A stretch of DNA of 64,000 nt from Carcharhinus longimanus (lineage: Eukaryota). The first letter of the stretch is position 1, and every line of letters begins with the position of its first letter. The DNA is taken from the NCBI GenBank assembly GCA_030264375.1, contig JASCQW010000109.1:21646421-21710420 (forward strand). Direction: 5' to 3'. The translations under genes were made by a program, and so were the position numbers. Shown here in pieces: positions 47,071 to 59,282 of this stretch. The notes beneath the pieces are model-generated. The model worked only from the letters and a program-made list of their open reading frames with translations. It was not told the origin of the DNA and ran no database searches.

Positions 47071-48599
47071 TAAGTCAAAAGATGCTTATTTAGCTCCATA
47101 CACGTTTCTAAGGAATATCTGAAGGAGAACTCCTGTAACTTGGTACTTACAGGATTGGGGAAGAATTATTGAGATTATATTGTATTAGTGACATTGTCAA
47201 TATATTTAAAAACAATATTATTATGATTTTATTAGGTAAAACCACTGTAATTATGAAAGACAGTCAAAATGTTTTAGCAAGTTCCATGCTTTATATCCTT
47301 TATACGCTGAAACTTTTAGCGAAGGTTTAAACAGTGGAGACAATGACTAATATAGCTGCAATATTCCAGTTAATTAAAAAAAAATGTTTTCACATCTTGT
47401 TACTGAATTGACTACATTACAGGGCTGACTGACTACCTCTGACTTCTACTCTGAAAACTTGCATTACTTTCTATATGCTATATAATTCCTACGCTTCACA
47501 CTCTTGAAGCTGAAGAGCAAATATAAAGTAAAATGACAAATTTTGTACTGTATTTTGGTCTGCCAACTTTTTGACTTGTCTTGTCAAACATCCCCAACAC
47601 ACTTAAGGTAGTTTCAAACAATTTTACTATTCTAAAGATGACAGTACATGTTCAAACAGAATGCTACTTTGATTGCATTTAAAATATGAAATGCTTAAAT
47701 GGGTGTGAAAACTAGCCTATGTATGTAGATTTGAGGACATTTAATTGGCTGTGACCACTGCACTACTCTAGCTGTGCATATACTGCTAGTTGGACACAAA
47801 GTCTTCTGCTTATTGATTTCACAATTTACCATTATCCCATTTTACCTGTGTTTTACTTTAAAATGCTAACAGTAGTATTCTTTTACTGAGATTGGTGTTG
47901 ATGGTTTACAGTCTGTGCTGTATTGTAAAACCATGCTTTATGAAAAATGACAATGTGCTTACTAGCTGGAAACTGTTTTGATGTGTGGTAGGGATGTTTG
48001 CAGTCTATCTATTCTCTCAAAGTAGGCTGCTTGATGCTGTAACCTGTTAAAACCATTACTCTTTATTTACAGCTACAATATTGGGAATTCTGCGTGAGTT
48101 TGGAACATTTCCTCTCTCCAATCTTTGCTCCTTAAACATTGGATGTTATACCATCATTATATCAGCATCTTGTGCTTCTGATATTAACCCCTTTATATAA
48201 TTCCCCTCACCCTCCACAAGCCCCTAACATATTTACATTGTCTTACATCTCTCCCCAAAGTCTTAAACTTGACAAGGTTGGTATCTAAGGTGCCTTGACC
48301 AATCTCCATAATCTCATTCTGACCTTTTTCCGAGGCTGAGGATATTCTGTGGTCTCCCTTCTGTTGGTGGCTTGTCCCTTCTCCTGGGCGGGTGTTCTTT
48401 CTCTTCAGGATCTAAGTAATAAACCCAAGTTATTATTGGTTTCTTTTCAAGAATATTTAAACAATGTGGCCTGTCTCAATCCTGTACAGTCTTATTTATG
48501 GAGCTCTTCTGATGATTATGTCTTCTTTCTACTGATCTCATACCTATTCTCTTGCCCCAAGTTTCAAAACTGGTAACACATGTATTTTGTGCCTGTTTT

Positions 48600-49010
48600 T
48601 CCACAGTTGTGGCAATCTTCACCCTCTGCGAAACATTCCTCTTGCTTGTGCGGTTTGTTCCCTGCCATTTCTAAGATATTTCAAGATGGCAGTTGGCATG
48701 TTTTTCCCATTTTAATGAGCTTAGGCTTGATGTACTTTCTCTCTACAAACTGAATAGTTTCACTCAATCTTCTTCATGGAGTCATGCCTTCTCCATGAAC
48801 AAACACAAATTTTTGTTTTCTGAGCTCCATGTGCCACACAATTTGTCCTGCTACATTGGACCTAGCCAAAATCTTCACATCCTTGCAAAAATATGCTGCC
48901 CAGAATCAGATACAATGCTCAAGTTTAACTGCTTTTCTCACCTGATCTGTCATCTCAAGGAGTTGTGATCTGTACTTGCACCTCCTTTAACATTATACCA
49001 TTTAGGTTGT
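48600..49010 (-). mobile_element. Old CR1 3' fragment
   Basis: TCAATCTTCTTCATGG...TGCCCAGAATCAGATACAATGCTCAAG (minus strand LEHCI*FWA, HEEDL). Confidence 0.5.
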
Positions 49011-49211
49011 AAATATAAATGATTTTTAAAGAAGACCTAGGTTATGTGCTTCTAAATATTGGAAAAGTTAAGTGTAATGTCACAGATTGAGATCCTTAAT
49101 GAATTGACATCCTTCATATGTCTTTAATAGTTTTGGTTTCATTGTGCCTCTTGTTATAGAGGTGAAATACTAGCAATGAAGAAATAGATTTGACATGTAT
49201 TTCATTTTATT

Positions 49212-49395
49212 AGTCCAAAGATGAATGTTAGTCGAAAGGGTTAGTTGGATTGACCATGGTAAATTGCCTCATAGTGTCAGAGGGATTAGCAGGGTAAATA
49301 CATGGGCTTGTGGTGATAGGGCCTGGGTGAGATTCTTGTTGCTACAGGCTTGATGGGCCAAACGGCCTCCTTTTGCACTGTAGGGATTCTGTGAC
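49212..49395 (+). mobile_element. HE1-like SINE 3' half
   Basis: AGTCCAAAGATG...GGTTAGTTGGATTGACCATGGTAAATTG...GATGGGCCAAACGGCCTCCTTTTGCACTGTAGGGATTCTGTG. Confidence 0.8.
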
Positions 49396-49661
49396 TTTAA
49401 CAACACATTGGTGATACCCAGCATATTTTAAAAATTCAGAAGCCAGGAAGAAGGGCTGAGTTCCAATGTGTAGGTCACTGTTTAAGTTAAAGAGTAGGAG
49501 AGAAAAATACACAAGTCCAGTAGCAGTATAGTTGGATGATGCAAAGCTTGGATTTTAAAACTGTTATGGGGATGTGGAAGAAATGACTGATGAAGTAAAG
49601 AGTCACAACAGTTTTAGAATGAATTACTGTATGTAAGTTACAGGTATTATTTGAACTTAAG

Positions 49662-49714
49662 TTCTAATTGTGTTAATTTGAGACTTACATTCTAATTGTG
49701 TTAATTTGAGACTT
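49662..49714 (+). repeat. Tandem duplication, 28-bp period
   Basis: TTCTAATTGTGTTAATTTGAGACTT twice. Confidence 0.9.
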
Positions 49715-50489
49715 TTACCATTTCGGTGACAGCAGGCAGTTTGGTGAAGGAACTCCAAACCTTTAATAAGTTGTAGATCACTATTCAAACAGCATGGGAC
49801 TTGACTAGCACACTATAGCTCTTGCTTTCCATTTTGACCTTGGGGAGCAGGTTGACATTCAATCTCAGTGTTGTCTCTCTGTGGCTTCTACTTCCTTTTG
49901 AACAACTTGCCCAGTGAAAACCTCTGCACATTAACTCACTCCACACCACAGTGATTAATGATGTTATTGCATTCTACTTTGTCTAAATGAGATGAGGCTA
50001 ATTAATTGGCATAATGGGTTTGTGATCAATTTGTGATTGGGCTAGGTAGGCATGATCGGTTTCTAATTGGTTTCTTAAGGGGATGGTCGTTGATATAATT
50101 TCCCATGATTCCCTAACTAGTTCTCTGATGTGTTAATTACTTGAGGGTTCATCACTCTCGTTAAAGTTTGTTTTTGTTACTTCTTGCTAAGATAAAATAA
50201 TGTTTTGATATCTTCCTTGTCAATTTGGTTAGGACAGGGGAAAATATGTTGTCATGCCCCATGATTAATACCTTGAACTCATCATTTCAAAACCTTAGTT
50301 AATTGGTATTAAATCAGAGCTTTACCAGAGGTTTTGTTTTGGGCAGGTTTTTTGAAGGTTGCTTTTACTTCTCTTGTTTATGTGGAATGAGATACTCCAT
50401 TTTTGAATCAAAGGATGGAGTGGTAAAGTTGCTTATAACCTTAACACTAATAAAGAAGTTTACCAAGTATTAATAAGAAATTTTTAAAA

Positions 50490-50778
50490 AAAGTTTATTT
50501 ATTAGCATCGCAAGTAGGTTTACATTAACATTACAATGAAGTTACTGTGGAAACCCCCCTCGTTGCCATACTCTGACGCCTGTCCTGGTACACTGAAACA
50601 AAATTTAGCATGGCCAACGCACATAGCCAGCACCTCTTTTGGACTGTGGGAGGAAACCGGAGCACTCGGAGGAAACCCATGCAGACGATGGGAGAACATG
50701 CAGACTCCACATGCACAGTGACCCAAGCCAGGAATCAAATCTGGGCCTCTGGTGCTGTGAGGCAGCAATGCCACCATG
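50490..50778 (-). mobile_element. V-SINE with alternative (non-CR1) tail
   Basis: Minus strand tRNA head, V-domain GGGTTTCCTCCGAGTGCTCCGGTTTCCTCCCACAGTCCAAAA, tail CCTACTTGCGATGCTAATAAATAAACTTT. Confidence 0.85.
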
Positions 50779-50782
50779 AATT

Positions 50783-50962
50783 TAGTATCCAAAGATGTGT
50801 GGGTTAGGCTGGTTAGCTATGCTAAATTGACCCTAGTGTCAGGGGATTAGCAGGGTATATAAGTGGGGTTATGGGAATAGGGCCTGGGTGAGATTGTGAT
50901 TGGTGCAGACTCACTGGGCTGAATGGCATCCTTCCATACTGTAGGAATTCTATGATTCTATG
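50783..50962 (+). mobile_element. HE1-like SINE 3' half with CR1-type tail
   Basis: TCCAAAGATGTGTGGGTTAGG...GGGCTGAATGGCATCCTTCCATACTGTAGGAATTCTATGATTCTATG. Confidence 0.85.
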
Positions 50963-52684
50963 CCGCCCATATGTAAATAAATAACTGCCACTGGTATAAA
51001 TATATTTAGTGTAATGTATAGAATACAAGTGAAAATAGTTTTCATGTCTGCTTTTATGTGAGATAGTACAATATGCGATGTCGAATTGGTCCATGGGACT
51101 TCATCAGAACAGGCACAATGTGTTTGTGTTGAGACAACTGCTTAGCTTTCATATGTTTTTGTTGAATCTGCCAGTATTTGGTTTAAGTCAATTAAGTTCA
51201 AAGCATAGTCTTGCAAAAATTAGAAAGTTACAGAAATTAAGCAAAGTTTCTATAAATAATATCAATGCTTGAATGTGATTGGTGTGCTGAACATATTACG
51301 TTCAATGAATGGGCATTACAGCTAATTACAGAACTTAATTCTAAACTTGCAGAATCAAAGATAGTTACAGAGTGTGAAATAAAGTGATTTCCTTTCAACA
51401 CCACAAGTTAACCTGCATTAATTTAAGGCAAAAGGCTGAAAGTTTTAAACTTGCTTTTCTTTGCACATTAGAACTTTGAATTTAGAAAATGGAGCTGATA
51501 ATTTCAATTGCTAGGGATATGCAGAATTCTGTACCAGTAATTGTTGAACGTCACTGCCTTAAGGCCATATGTTCTTAGCCCCTTGTTAAGCTTGAATGTG
51601 ATGTTAAGGTCAAGTCATTTGATGAACTTGTGTCCTAGAATTCAGCATAAAACCATATTGTTGCCACACTTTGATGGTGTGTAAATGAAATGAAAACTAA
51701 TCATTAAACATCAATTGCCCTACATTAGTTCATCAAGATATTATGAAACTATGTTATAAACAAAAAATGTTGAACGGAGTAACCGCAGGATAAAGTGATG
51801 GAATGGTCCCTGAGAGCCACTGGTCTGGCTTGACCCTATGGAGTGTTGAGGTGGGAAGTTGAACCAATCGAGTGTGAAGGTGCGTGAAGGATGGAAAGGA
51901 TTAGCAATTGGAGCCAGTTGCATAGTTATTCTGTCAGATGCTGTTTGTATATAATATTCAATACTTTTGCAATGAAGTCTTTGTGTTCTGAAACCTCATT
52001 GGGTCACCTTCGATTTATTATAGATATATTTTAAAAGTACTGTTGTCAGCCTTTTTATGTGTCCTAAACAGGAATTCTTAAAATGGCTGAACATTTACAT
52101 GATTTCACCTTGAATTACAAGGTTATCAGAAAGGATGCTGTTTGGATGTAGCCCACGAGGACAATTAGCTTGAAAAAGTTCAAATGACCCATACCCTGAA
52201 CCACTCAATTACCCAGATGTAATCTTCTTATTCAGGTGAGTGCATACCGAGCTGTTAAACTTAATCACTTTGAAAAATTGACTCCAGCTGAGCAGAGAGC
52301 TCCACCGACCATAATCTAATTACTGTAAATAATGAAGGATCCCCAGCTTGCTATGACCATATTTAATGACTGGCTAGTGTATGAATAGAGGTCATGTGAT
52401 AGAAAGCTAGCCGTTCATCTTGAAAACAGCACTGCTTTTCCAGTCAGGGTCAGACAGACCATGAGTGATTAATTGTGAGAAGAGAGCTCTTAGTCCATCT
52501 CTGTTTTCCCATTCATTCTGCAAGTGTGTTCCTTGCTTGTACATGACAACCTAAACACTGCCAGCAGCATCTTAAAAGTCAACCAAACAGATGCTGACGT
52601 CAGAGGAAATAACAGAGATTGGAGCAGTTTCGAAGGGCCTAATAGTTTACTCCTGCTAGTTTCTAAGACTTCGAATAATCGCTG

Positions 52685-53560
52685 TGTAGAATCCAGGAAA
52701 CATTAGCTGAAGCCACCCAACATGGCAACCCACGGCAATAGACTTTCTTTTGGATAATCTCGAACAATTTTGTGGCCAAATGGGCCACCTAAAATGGCAA
52801 TTTACAGAGCACGCTGAGATAATTGGGCAAGAACTAAAACAGCAGGCTGCAGCCTAAAAGACAGAGATAAACACAGACAACTGAATACACAGGAAATAGG
52901 CCATCCCAAAGACAATGGACACTCTCTAGTCAAACATACTTGCTTACCAGACAAGGCGGAGCCTTAATCCCTTATTTGGGAGAGAGGTATGTGATCTACG
53001 TGCCTCCAGCACCTACAGACATTGGGTACACACCCAGAGATCGGTATGGCAGCACCTGATTGGACTCTTATTGATCAGGATGATCTAGCCCTGATCAATT
53101 GATTGACAAGAATCAAGAGATCACCTAAAAGGATACAAAACCAAGGATGGATAAAAGGTACTGCACAACAGAAAAAGCTCGCGCTCTCTCTCTCTCTCTT
53201 AGCCCACGAACGAATTACAACAATGGTGACCATCGCCAGCAATGACCAGCATGAGGAGGGCCAGCACACCCGAGAAGGAAGGAACACCAGAACCAGAGTA
53301 CCAGATCAGACCAAAGGACCAGACTACGCAGAGGACTACAGAGATCAGTGCACAGATAAAAGCCAATATCCGCTGGGGTACTTGCCAGTCATGCAAAGCT
53401 AAGTCAAGGTCTAGTATTGGACTTGAACTTTAGTATTTTCTGTAAGATAACTTATTGTTGGATGGGTGGGTGATTATTGATTGTGTGTTTGAAATAAATA
53501 TTGTTGTACTAACAAGAAATCTACTCGCAATTCTTTGCCCACCGTATAAGGGTTAAAACA
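52685..53560 (+). mobile_element. Solo LTR (ERV-like)
   Basis: TGTAGA...GGTTAAAACA; TATA-like GATAAAA (~53150) followed by (CT)n; AATAAA (~53493); TSD not clean. Confidence 0.7.
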
Positions 53561-53779
53561 GACTGCGCGGCAGGCAGAATAACTTGTGACCTACTTCAGG
53601 GTTGTATATTTATGCTTGTGTCTGAGCTGGAGTGTTTTTAACAATTATTTTTATTTGGTGTTAAAGATGATAAGCACTATTTCCTTTTCTTCTAAACTTG
53701 TAATAAAGCCTGTATGTGTTTGTGTCATTTACAGTCATATGTCAACAATTGAACACTTGTTAAATTAAAATTCACTCAA

Positions 53780-54235
53780 CTCATTCCTGGAATGAGGGAC
53801 TCACAAGAAAGATTGAATATGTTATGTCAATAACCATTGGAGTTTAGAAGAATGCAAAATGATCTTATTGAAACATGCAAAATGCTGAGAGAACTGGATA
53901 GGATAGCCACCTGGACTTGTGCAAGGGACTAGAACTAGGAGACATGGTTTAAAAATATGAGGTCTACCATTTAAGACTGAGGAAATATTCTTTTTCTCTG
54001 AGGGTCATTAGTATGTGGAATTCTGTTCCCCAGAAAGCAGTGAAGGCTGGGTCATCGAGTATATTCAAGGCTGAGTTAGATACATTTTTGATGGTCAAGA
54101 GAGTCATGGTTGATGGAGGGGGGCAGATGAGAAATTGGAATTGAGATCACAACAAGATCAGCTAGGATCTCCTTGAATGACAGTGCAGGTTTGGAGGGCT
54201 GAATGACCTACTGCTGCTCCTAAGTCCTATATTTC
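53780..54235 (+). mobile_element. CR1 LINE 3' end
   Basis: IPGMRD..ERLNML..LEFRRMQNDLIETCKML, TRTRRHGLKI, and tail GGGCTGAATGACCTACTGCTGCTCCTA. Confidence 0.85.
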
Positions 54236-54764
54236 TATAATTGGTAAGCAAACTTTTTTTAAAAGAACCTTTTCATAATCAACCAAGAACTGGAAAGAGT
54301 GGAGGCCCGTTCTGCCACTTCTTACCTGGCTGTAATGGAAGTGAAGATATAATGGAATTTGATTATGTATGATGGTGCATTTGGAGCATAGATGCAAGAG
54401 AGGAGAGTCCAAAGGTGCACTGATCAAAACTGTATCAATAAATAAAAATTGAGAGAGATATAGGTGTCCAGATACATGAATTAAAGTAATTTCCCCTCCG
54501 CAGCAGGGTAACGAACTGAAGAAATAATGAAAAATACAGCAATTTAAAACTATCATTTGGGTAGCAAGTATATGTATTTACTATTCAAAAGCGATTCGAA
54601 GACATTTGCAAATCCAACTGTTGTACTGACCAATCCTACATATGTATCTGATAAAGTAAGAAATGTGCTCCACTCAAATCGTCGTCTCATTTCCACTGAT
54701 ATATTTATAAAAGTCTGCTAAGGCTGACCAGTAGGAATTAATCAACAACTTAAGAAAACTTCTT

Positions 54765-54960
54765 ACTACAAAGAACAAAGAACAGTACAGCACAAGAACA
54801 GACCCTTTGGCCCTCCAAACCTGTGCCATTCGCGTTTACTTATCTAAACCAACCACTTATATCCCTCCATTCCTCGTTTGTTCATATGCCTATCAAGTTA
54901 AGTCTTAAATGTGGCTAACGTAACTACCTCAACCATCTCACCTGGCAATGCATTCCAGCG
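54765..54960 (-). mobile_element. CR1 LINE 3' UTR
   Basis: (ACAAAGA)n tail, CAGACCCTTTGGCCC, CACCTGGCAATGCATTCCA. Confidence 0.75.
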
Positions 54961-55202
54961 GCAATTCACCTATGGAGCAGAATCAAACCCAGAAATTTCA
55001 GAAATTGCTCACAATTTTTGAAAAAAAAGTCTTGTTTCATCATTAACCTCTGAAAACAAACATAAAAATAAGATTTGTGCTGCAATAAATTAAAACAAAA
55101 TGAAATAATTCGTAATGGCTCAAATCTTTGGGCCTCCGAATCATCAAAGATTGGACGCTTGACTGAGGATACATGTCAGGACCCTGTGTAGTTTAAAACC
55201 GC

Positions 55203-55321
55203 TGGTAGAATTTTAGGCTGGAGGGACTTCATGATCCCACTGAAATCAATGGGCTTTTGAATAGCTCACTATATTTTGTGGCCCCACCCCTGCCATGATA
55301 AGACCATCAAAATTCCACCCC
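55203..55321. mobile_element. Harbinger-type MITE
   Basis: TGGTAGAATTTT ... AAAATTCCACCCC inverted ends; internal GAAATCAATGG motif similar to other copies. Confidence 0.55.
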
Positions 55322-55989
55322 AGGTGTCACAAAGGTTTAGCTGGGATATTATAGAATTTATAAAAAAGTAAATTTTTCTTTTAACTGGACACAAGGAGCC
55401 AAAAAAGGCTGCCAAAAGTAACTTGGCATTTTCCAACTGCAACAATTTGAAATTTGAAATTTAATGCACACTTCCACAACAGTGACCAGATATTTGTTGT
55501 CAGTAGGTTCCCTGGAGGTGTGAATAACTCTCTTCCATTGTACCAAACCCTGAAGAATAGGAGCCAGTCAAGTTCATGTCTGAGGCAATTAAAATGTTAA
55601 TTACTTCGGTTTAAAGAGACTGGATGAGAATCTTTGCACTCAGACCGTGGCAACCAATATCTAATATGGAATAAAGATGGAAACATGATTCGACTGTTTG
55701 AAAGAGTCAAACTTTCAAACCATTTTGGTTGTAAGAAAACCATTTTTGTGTGGCAGTGAGAGAAACAGATACCAGCTCTCAGCTGAACTAACAGTGAACC
55801 ACGTGAGAACTGGGGTTCCCTGCCATCAGGAGTTATAGAGCAAGGCATCCAGAAAAATCACCCCAAGTCTGCTAAAAAGCAACCAAGCAATCTCCCAAGC
55901 ATTGGTACTTGTCTCAGTAAAAGAAAAGCCTTGACTCTCTCTCTCAGCATCTGTTCTATCTTTCAAGTCAACCTACAATAGAAAAATGG

Positions 55990-56332
55990 TGAAGGGAAGG
56001 GAGAGAGTCGACAGGAGGAACCTGTTTCCCCTGGTAGAGAGTTCAAAAACCAGCAGTCATAGATTTAAGCTAAGCGGCAGAAGGAGTAGAAGGGACCTGA
56101 GGAGAAAATTCTTACGCAGAAGATGGTGGGTGTTTGGAATTTGCTGCCTGAGTTGGTGATGGAGGCAAAGACTGTAAGCTCATTTGGAAAGTACTTGGAT
56201 CTGCGCCTTAAGTGCTGTAAATTGCAGGTCCGTGGGCCACATACAGGAAGATGGGATTAGAAGGGGCATCTGGGTGTCTGGGTCAGCATGGACAAGTTGG
56301 GCCCCTTCTGTTCTGTACTATTTCTATGGTTC
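55990..56332 (+). mobile_element. CR1 LINE 3' end
   Basis: RVDRRNLFPLVESSKTSSHRFKL, TQKMVGVWNLLPELVMEA and TTCTATGGTTCT tail. Confidence 0.85.
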
Positions 56333-57449
56333 TCCCCACGCAAATAAACACATGGATCGTGGATAGTTCATGGATCACTTTGAGGAAACAACTTTTACAT
56401 GATCGTAACTCTGGTCTAACACCTGGGTAACTTCACATCTGACCCCACCCTAACCAGCGAACTGCCGCGTCTCCCCAGTCAACCACTCCTGATTGCTTCC
56501 CTGACCACCCATCTACCCACTGTTGTTGCACTGTTATATTTGAAAACTGGAATCCTCTGAAAGTGGAGTTTTATACCATGACATCATTTCTCTTGTGACA
56601 ATGGTCTGTTGACCCATACAGTAAATACACTGGAAATGTGTTTTGTGCTACAAATTTAACAATCATAACAGTCAAAATGATCGGTCATATTGTCTTAATT
56701 AAAAGCTTCCAGTCTAGTGCTCAGTGATTGCTGGCTGTATGAAAGATGAAATGAGGCCCACATTTTAATATCACAAGTGGTAATTTATAAATTAGATCTT
56801 TAAAAAAAAGCAGTCACGTGTCTTGTTGAGTGCTATTGCGGGCGAACCGGGCAGCTGGTGGGGATCAAATAATGATAAGGTGAAGAAGATTTTGGAGTTT
56901 TGCTGACTAACTTTTGGAGAGGAGTAAAACATTTTGCAGAATGTCTCTTTCTGAGGCTCGGTTGTTTAAGTGAGTGAAGTCTTTGATAAAGAGATTGTGC
57001 ATCGTATGAGGAGGGAACTGGTTTAATGGATCATTTAGTGTTTTGTTGTTCCATCATTTTCATATACTTCCATAATCTAATTTGAGATAAATCTGCATAG
57101 AAACCATTACCTTTTACACATAGCTCTCAATTCCTGGGACAGCAAACAGTTCACAGTGACAACTGAAAATCAGGAAAAAGAAAATGAGTTTTTTTCAAGA
57201 AAATTTTGAAGTGTGTATTTTTCCTTGGGTTGATAGAAATAATTGCGAAGGTAGAATTATTGACTCACATAACATTTCTACAGCATCTTAGTGAGTCTCA
57301 TCGTCCTAAAATACCTTGCGTAAAATGAATTTAGTTTTGAAGACTTCTGTTCTCTAAGGAAACAAGTAACCATTTTGCAAACAGCAAGACCTCAAAGGTG
57401 GTAACAGAAATACAGAACTGGCAAAATCATGGGGCTCTTTACGTTCTCT

Positions 57450-57772
57450 GGGCATCTCAAAACACTTCACAGCTAATTAATCCATTTTGAAGTGTGGTCA
57501 CTGTTGCCATGGAAACTAGCATAGCTGGTAATATGTGCATGGAAGGATCCCACAGACAGTAATAAGCTGAATGGTCGACATGTTTGTAGCGCTTTAGAAT
57601 GAATCTTGAACAGCACCTGGAAGAACTCCACTGCCTTTCAAATAGCACCAATGGGATCTTTCATGTCTATCCAAGCAGGCAGACAGAGCACCGATTTATT
57701 ATCTCCACCTTAAAGATGAGACCTCTGATAGTGCAATACTCCCTTCAGTACCGTTCTGAATAGTGCTCAGTT
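57450..57772 (-). mobile_element. Deu-domain SINE (AmnSINE1/SacSINE1-like)
   Basis: TTTTGAAGTGTGGTCACTGTTG..GATCCCACAGACAG..ATGGGATCTTTCATGTCTATCC..GCAGACAGAGC..ACCTCTGATAGTGCAATACTCCCT matches the Deu core as I recall it. Confidence 0.75.
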
Positions 57773-59127
57773 TTCTAATCCACCTAAACGTTTAATATCT
57801 CTCATGAAGGTTTGTTCAAATAGCTTGTGTTATTTTTCAAAAGCACATTCAGATGATATTAATAGTCCCTGTTTTTATTATTCACAATAAATCTCACAAA
57901 AAGTGAGCCAAATTACATCTTTCAAAATGCTTGAAAACAATTATGCAAATTACAGTGGGTTCAATGCCTGACGCCACATTATTTAAAATGCCTACATGAG
58001 GTTTATAAGATGAAGAACACATATTTATACTGGGAACCTTGAATAGAGAGAAGCAGCAGTGGGAGCTGAGGTTAAAGGATAGTGAGGAAGGAAAGAATCA
58101 ATCAGATGCAAATGAGACAGTGAATTAGAAAAAGTGAGTCTGAGTGAACATAAAAGCTAGTGGAGTGAGACTGAAATCTGCATTTCTGGAAATATCAGAC
58201 CCATTTATTCTAGCAATTTAGGATGACTACTTAGTTTCTTTTTCAAAATTTTTACTACACTTTAGAAACATTATAATTCCAAATTGAACATTTTTTTCAA
58301 GGTTTTCAGATGGATATGCCCCTGCCCCACGATCTGCCTCCACAACGTAGCACTACAGGGAAATGTTTATGACCTTCTGAAAAACATACTTTTGCTAAAG
58401 GCTCAGTGTAGAATATGTTAATCCAATTCAGTTGGTTGAATTTTATGGCACAATCCTTCCAAAATTAAAGATAAATCGCACAAATGTGTGCAAATCAAGT
58501 GAAAGTGTGTAGAAATTCATCATTGTGGCCCACTAATGATAGCATGACCGTACTGTAAGCACCATTATCTGACCAAATCTTTTCCTATTGCTTAAATGGG
58601 CAATAACTCAACAGAGGTAATTGAATATGTTGGTTCTTTTGTGAGTTTGAGAGACACATAACTCACGCGCTTTACTGAGTTATGGGTGTAATTTGCACGA
58701 GTGAAAGAGTACTGTAATCGAGGTGTTCCTGAGTTTTGTTTAATCTGACCTGTTCTCTCATTCGGAGCTGGTAATGGGCAACACTGGAGCAAATTGAGAA
58801 TTCTGAGCACGGGCAGGCTTTTGGTCCATGCTGTCAAACTGTCATAGTCCGCAAAAATTCCAGGAGTTGTCTTGAGCTCCTGAAGTCCTTGAAATTATTG
58901 ATCAACTGCTTGAAGTTCCATTCTGTTCCAGTAGGTTGGACAGTATCATGACACAGTGAGTGAATTGCTATGAATGAACTTGTTCAGTTTATTAATTTTA
59001 TTCAAAGCAATCTAATTGGAGGTACTAGATAAAAAACAGCAAGAGCTATAAAAGACATTATACCTGTTTTAAAAGTTTTTAAACCAAAGGTTATTGTTTA
59101 ATTCTGCAATTTTTCTTTGATTTTTTT

Positions 59128-59282
59128 AGAATCATAGGATAGAATCCTATTGTTCAGAAGGAGGTCATTCAGCCCATCAAGTTTGTACCGATCCCAGTCC
59201 CACCCAGGCCCTATCCCCATAACTCCATGCATTTATCCTAGCTAGTCCTCCTGAACTAAGGGGTAATTTAACATGGTCTACT
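59128..59282 (-). mobile_element. HE1-like SINE 3' half
   Basis: AGAATCATAG..GAAGGAGGTCATTCAGCCCATC..CAGGCCCTATCCCCATAAC..GGGTAATTTAACATGG. Confidence 0.8.

Noticed and set aside
53103-53402. 99-aa ORF as a host or viral accessory gene
   Set aside because: TTG start, low-complexity purine-rich LTR sequence, crosses the putative TATA box; no domain recognised.
54318-54350. Minus-strand pyrimidine tract-CAG-CCAG-GTAAGA (4-nt microexon pattern)
   Set aside because: Isolated, frame-shifting and opposite to the other exon candidates; compatible with chance.
55540-56410. Possible solo LTR interrupted by CR1
   Set aside because: Only compositional hints and an AATAAA; termini and TSD could not be fixed.
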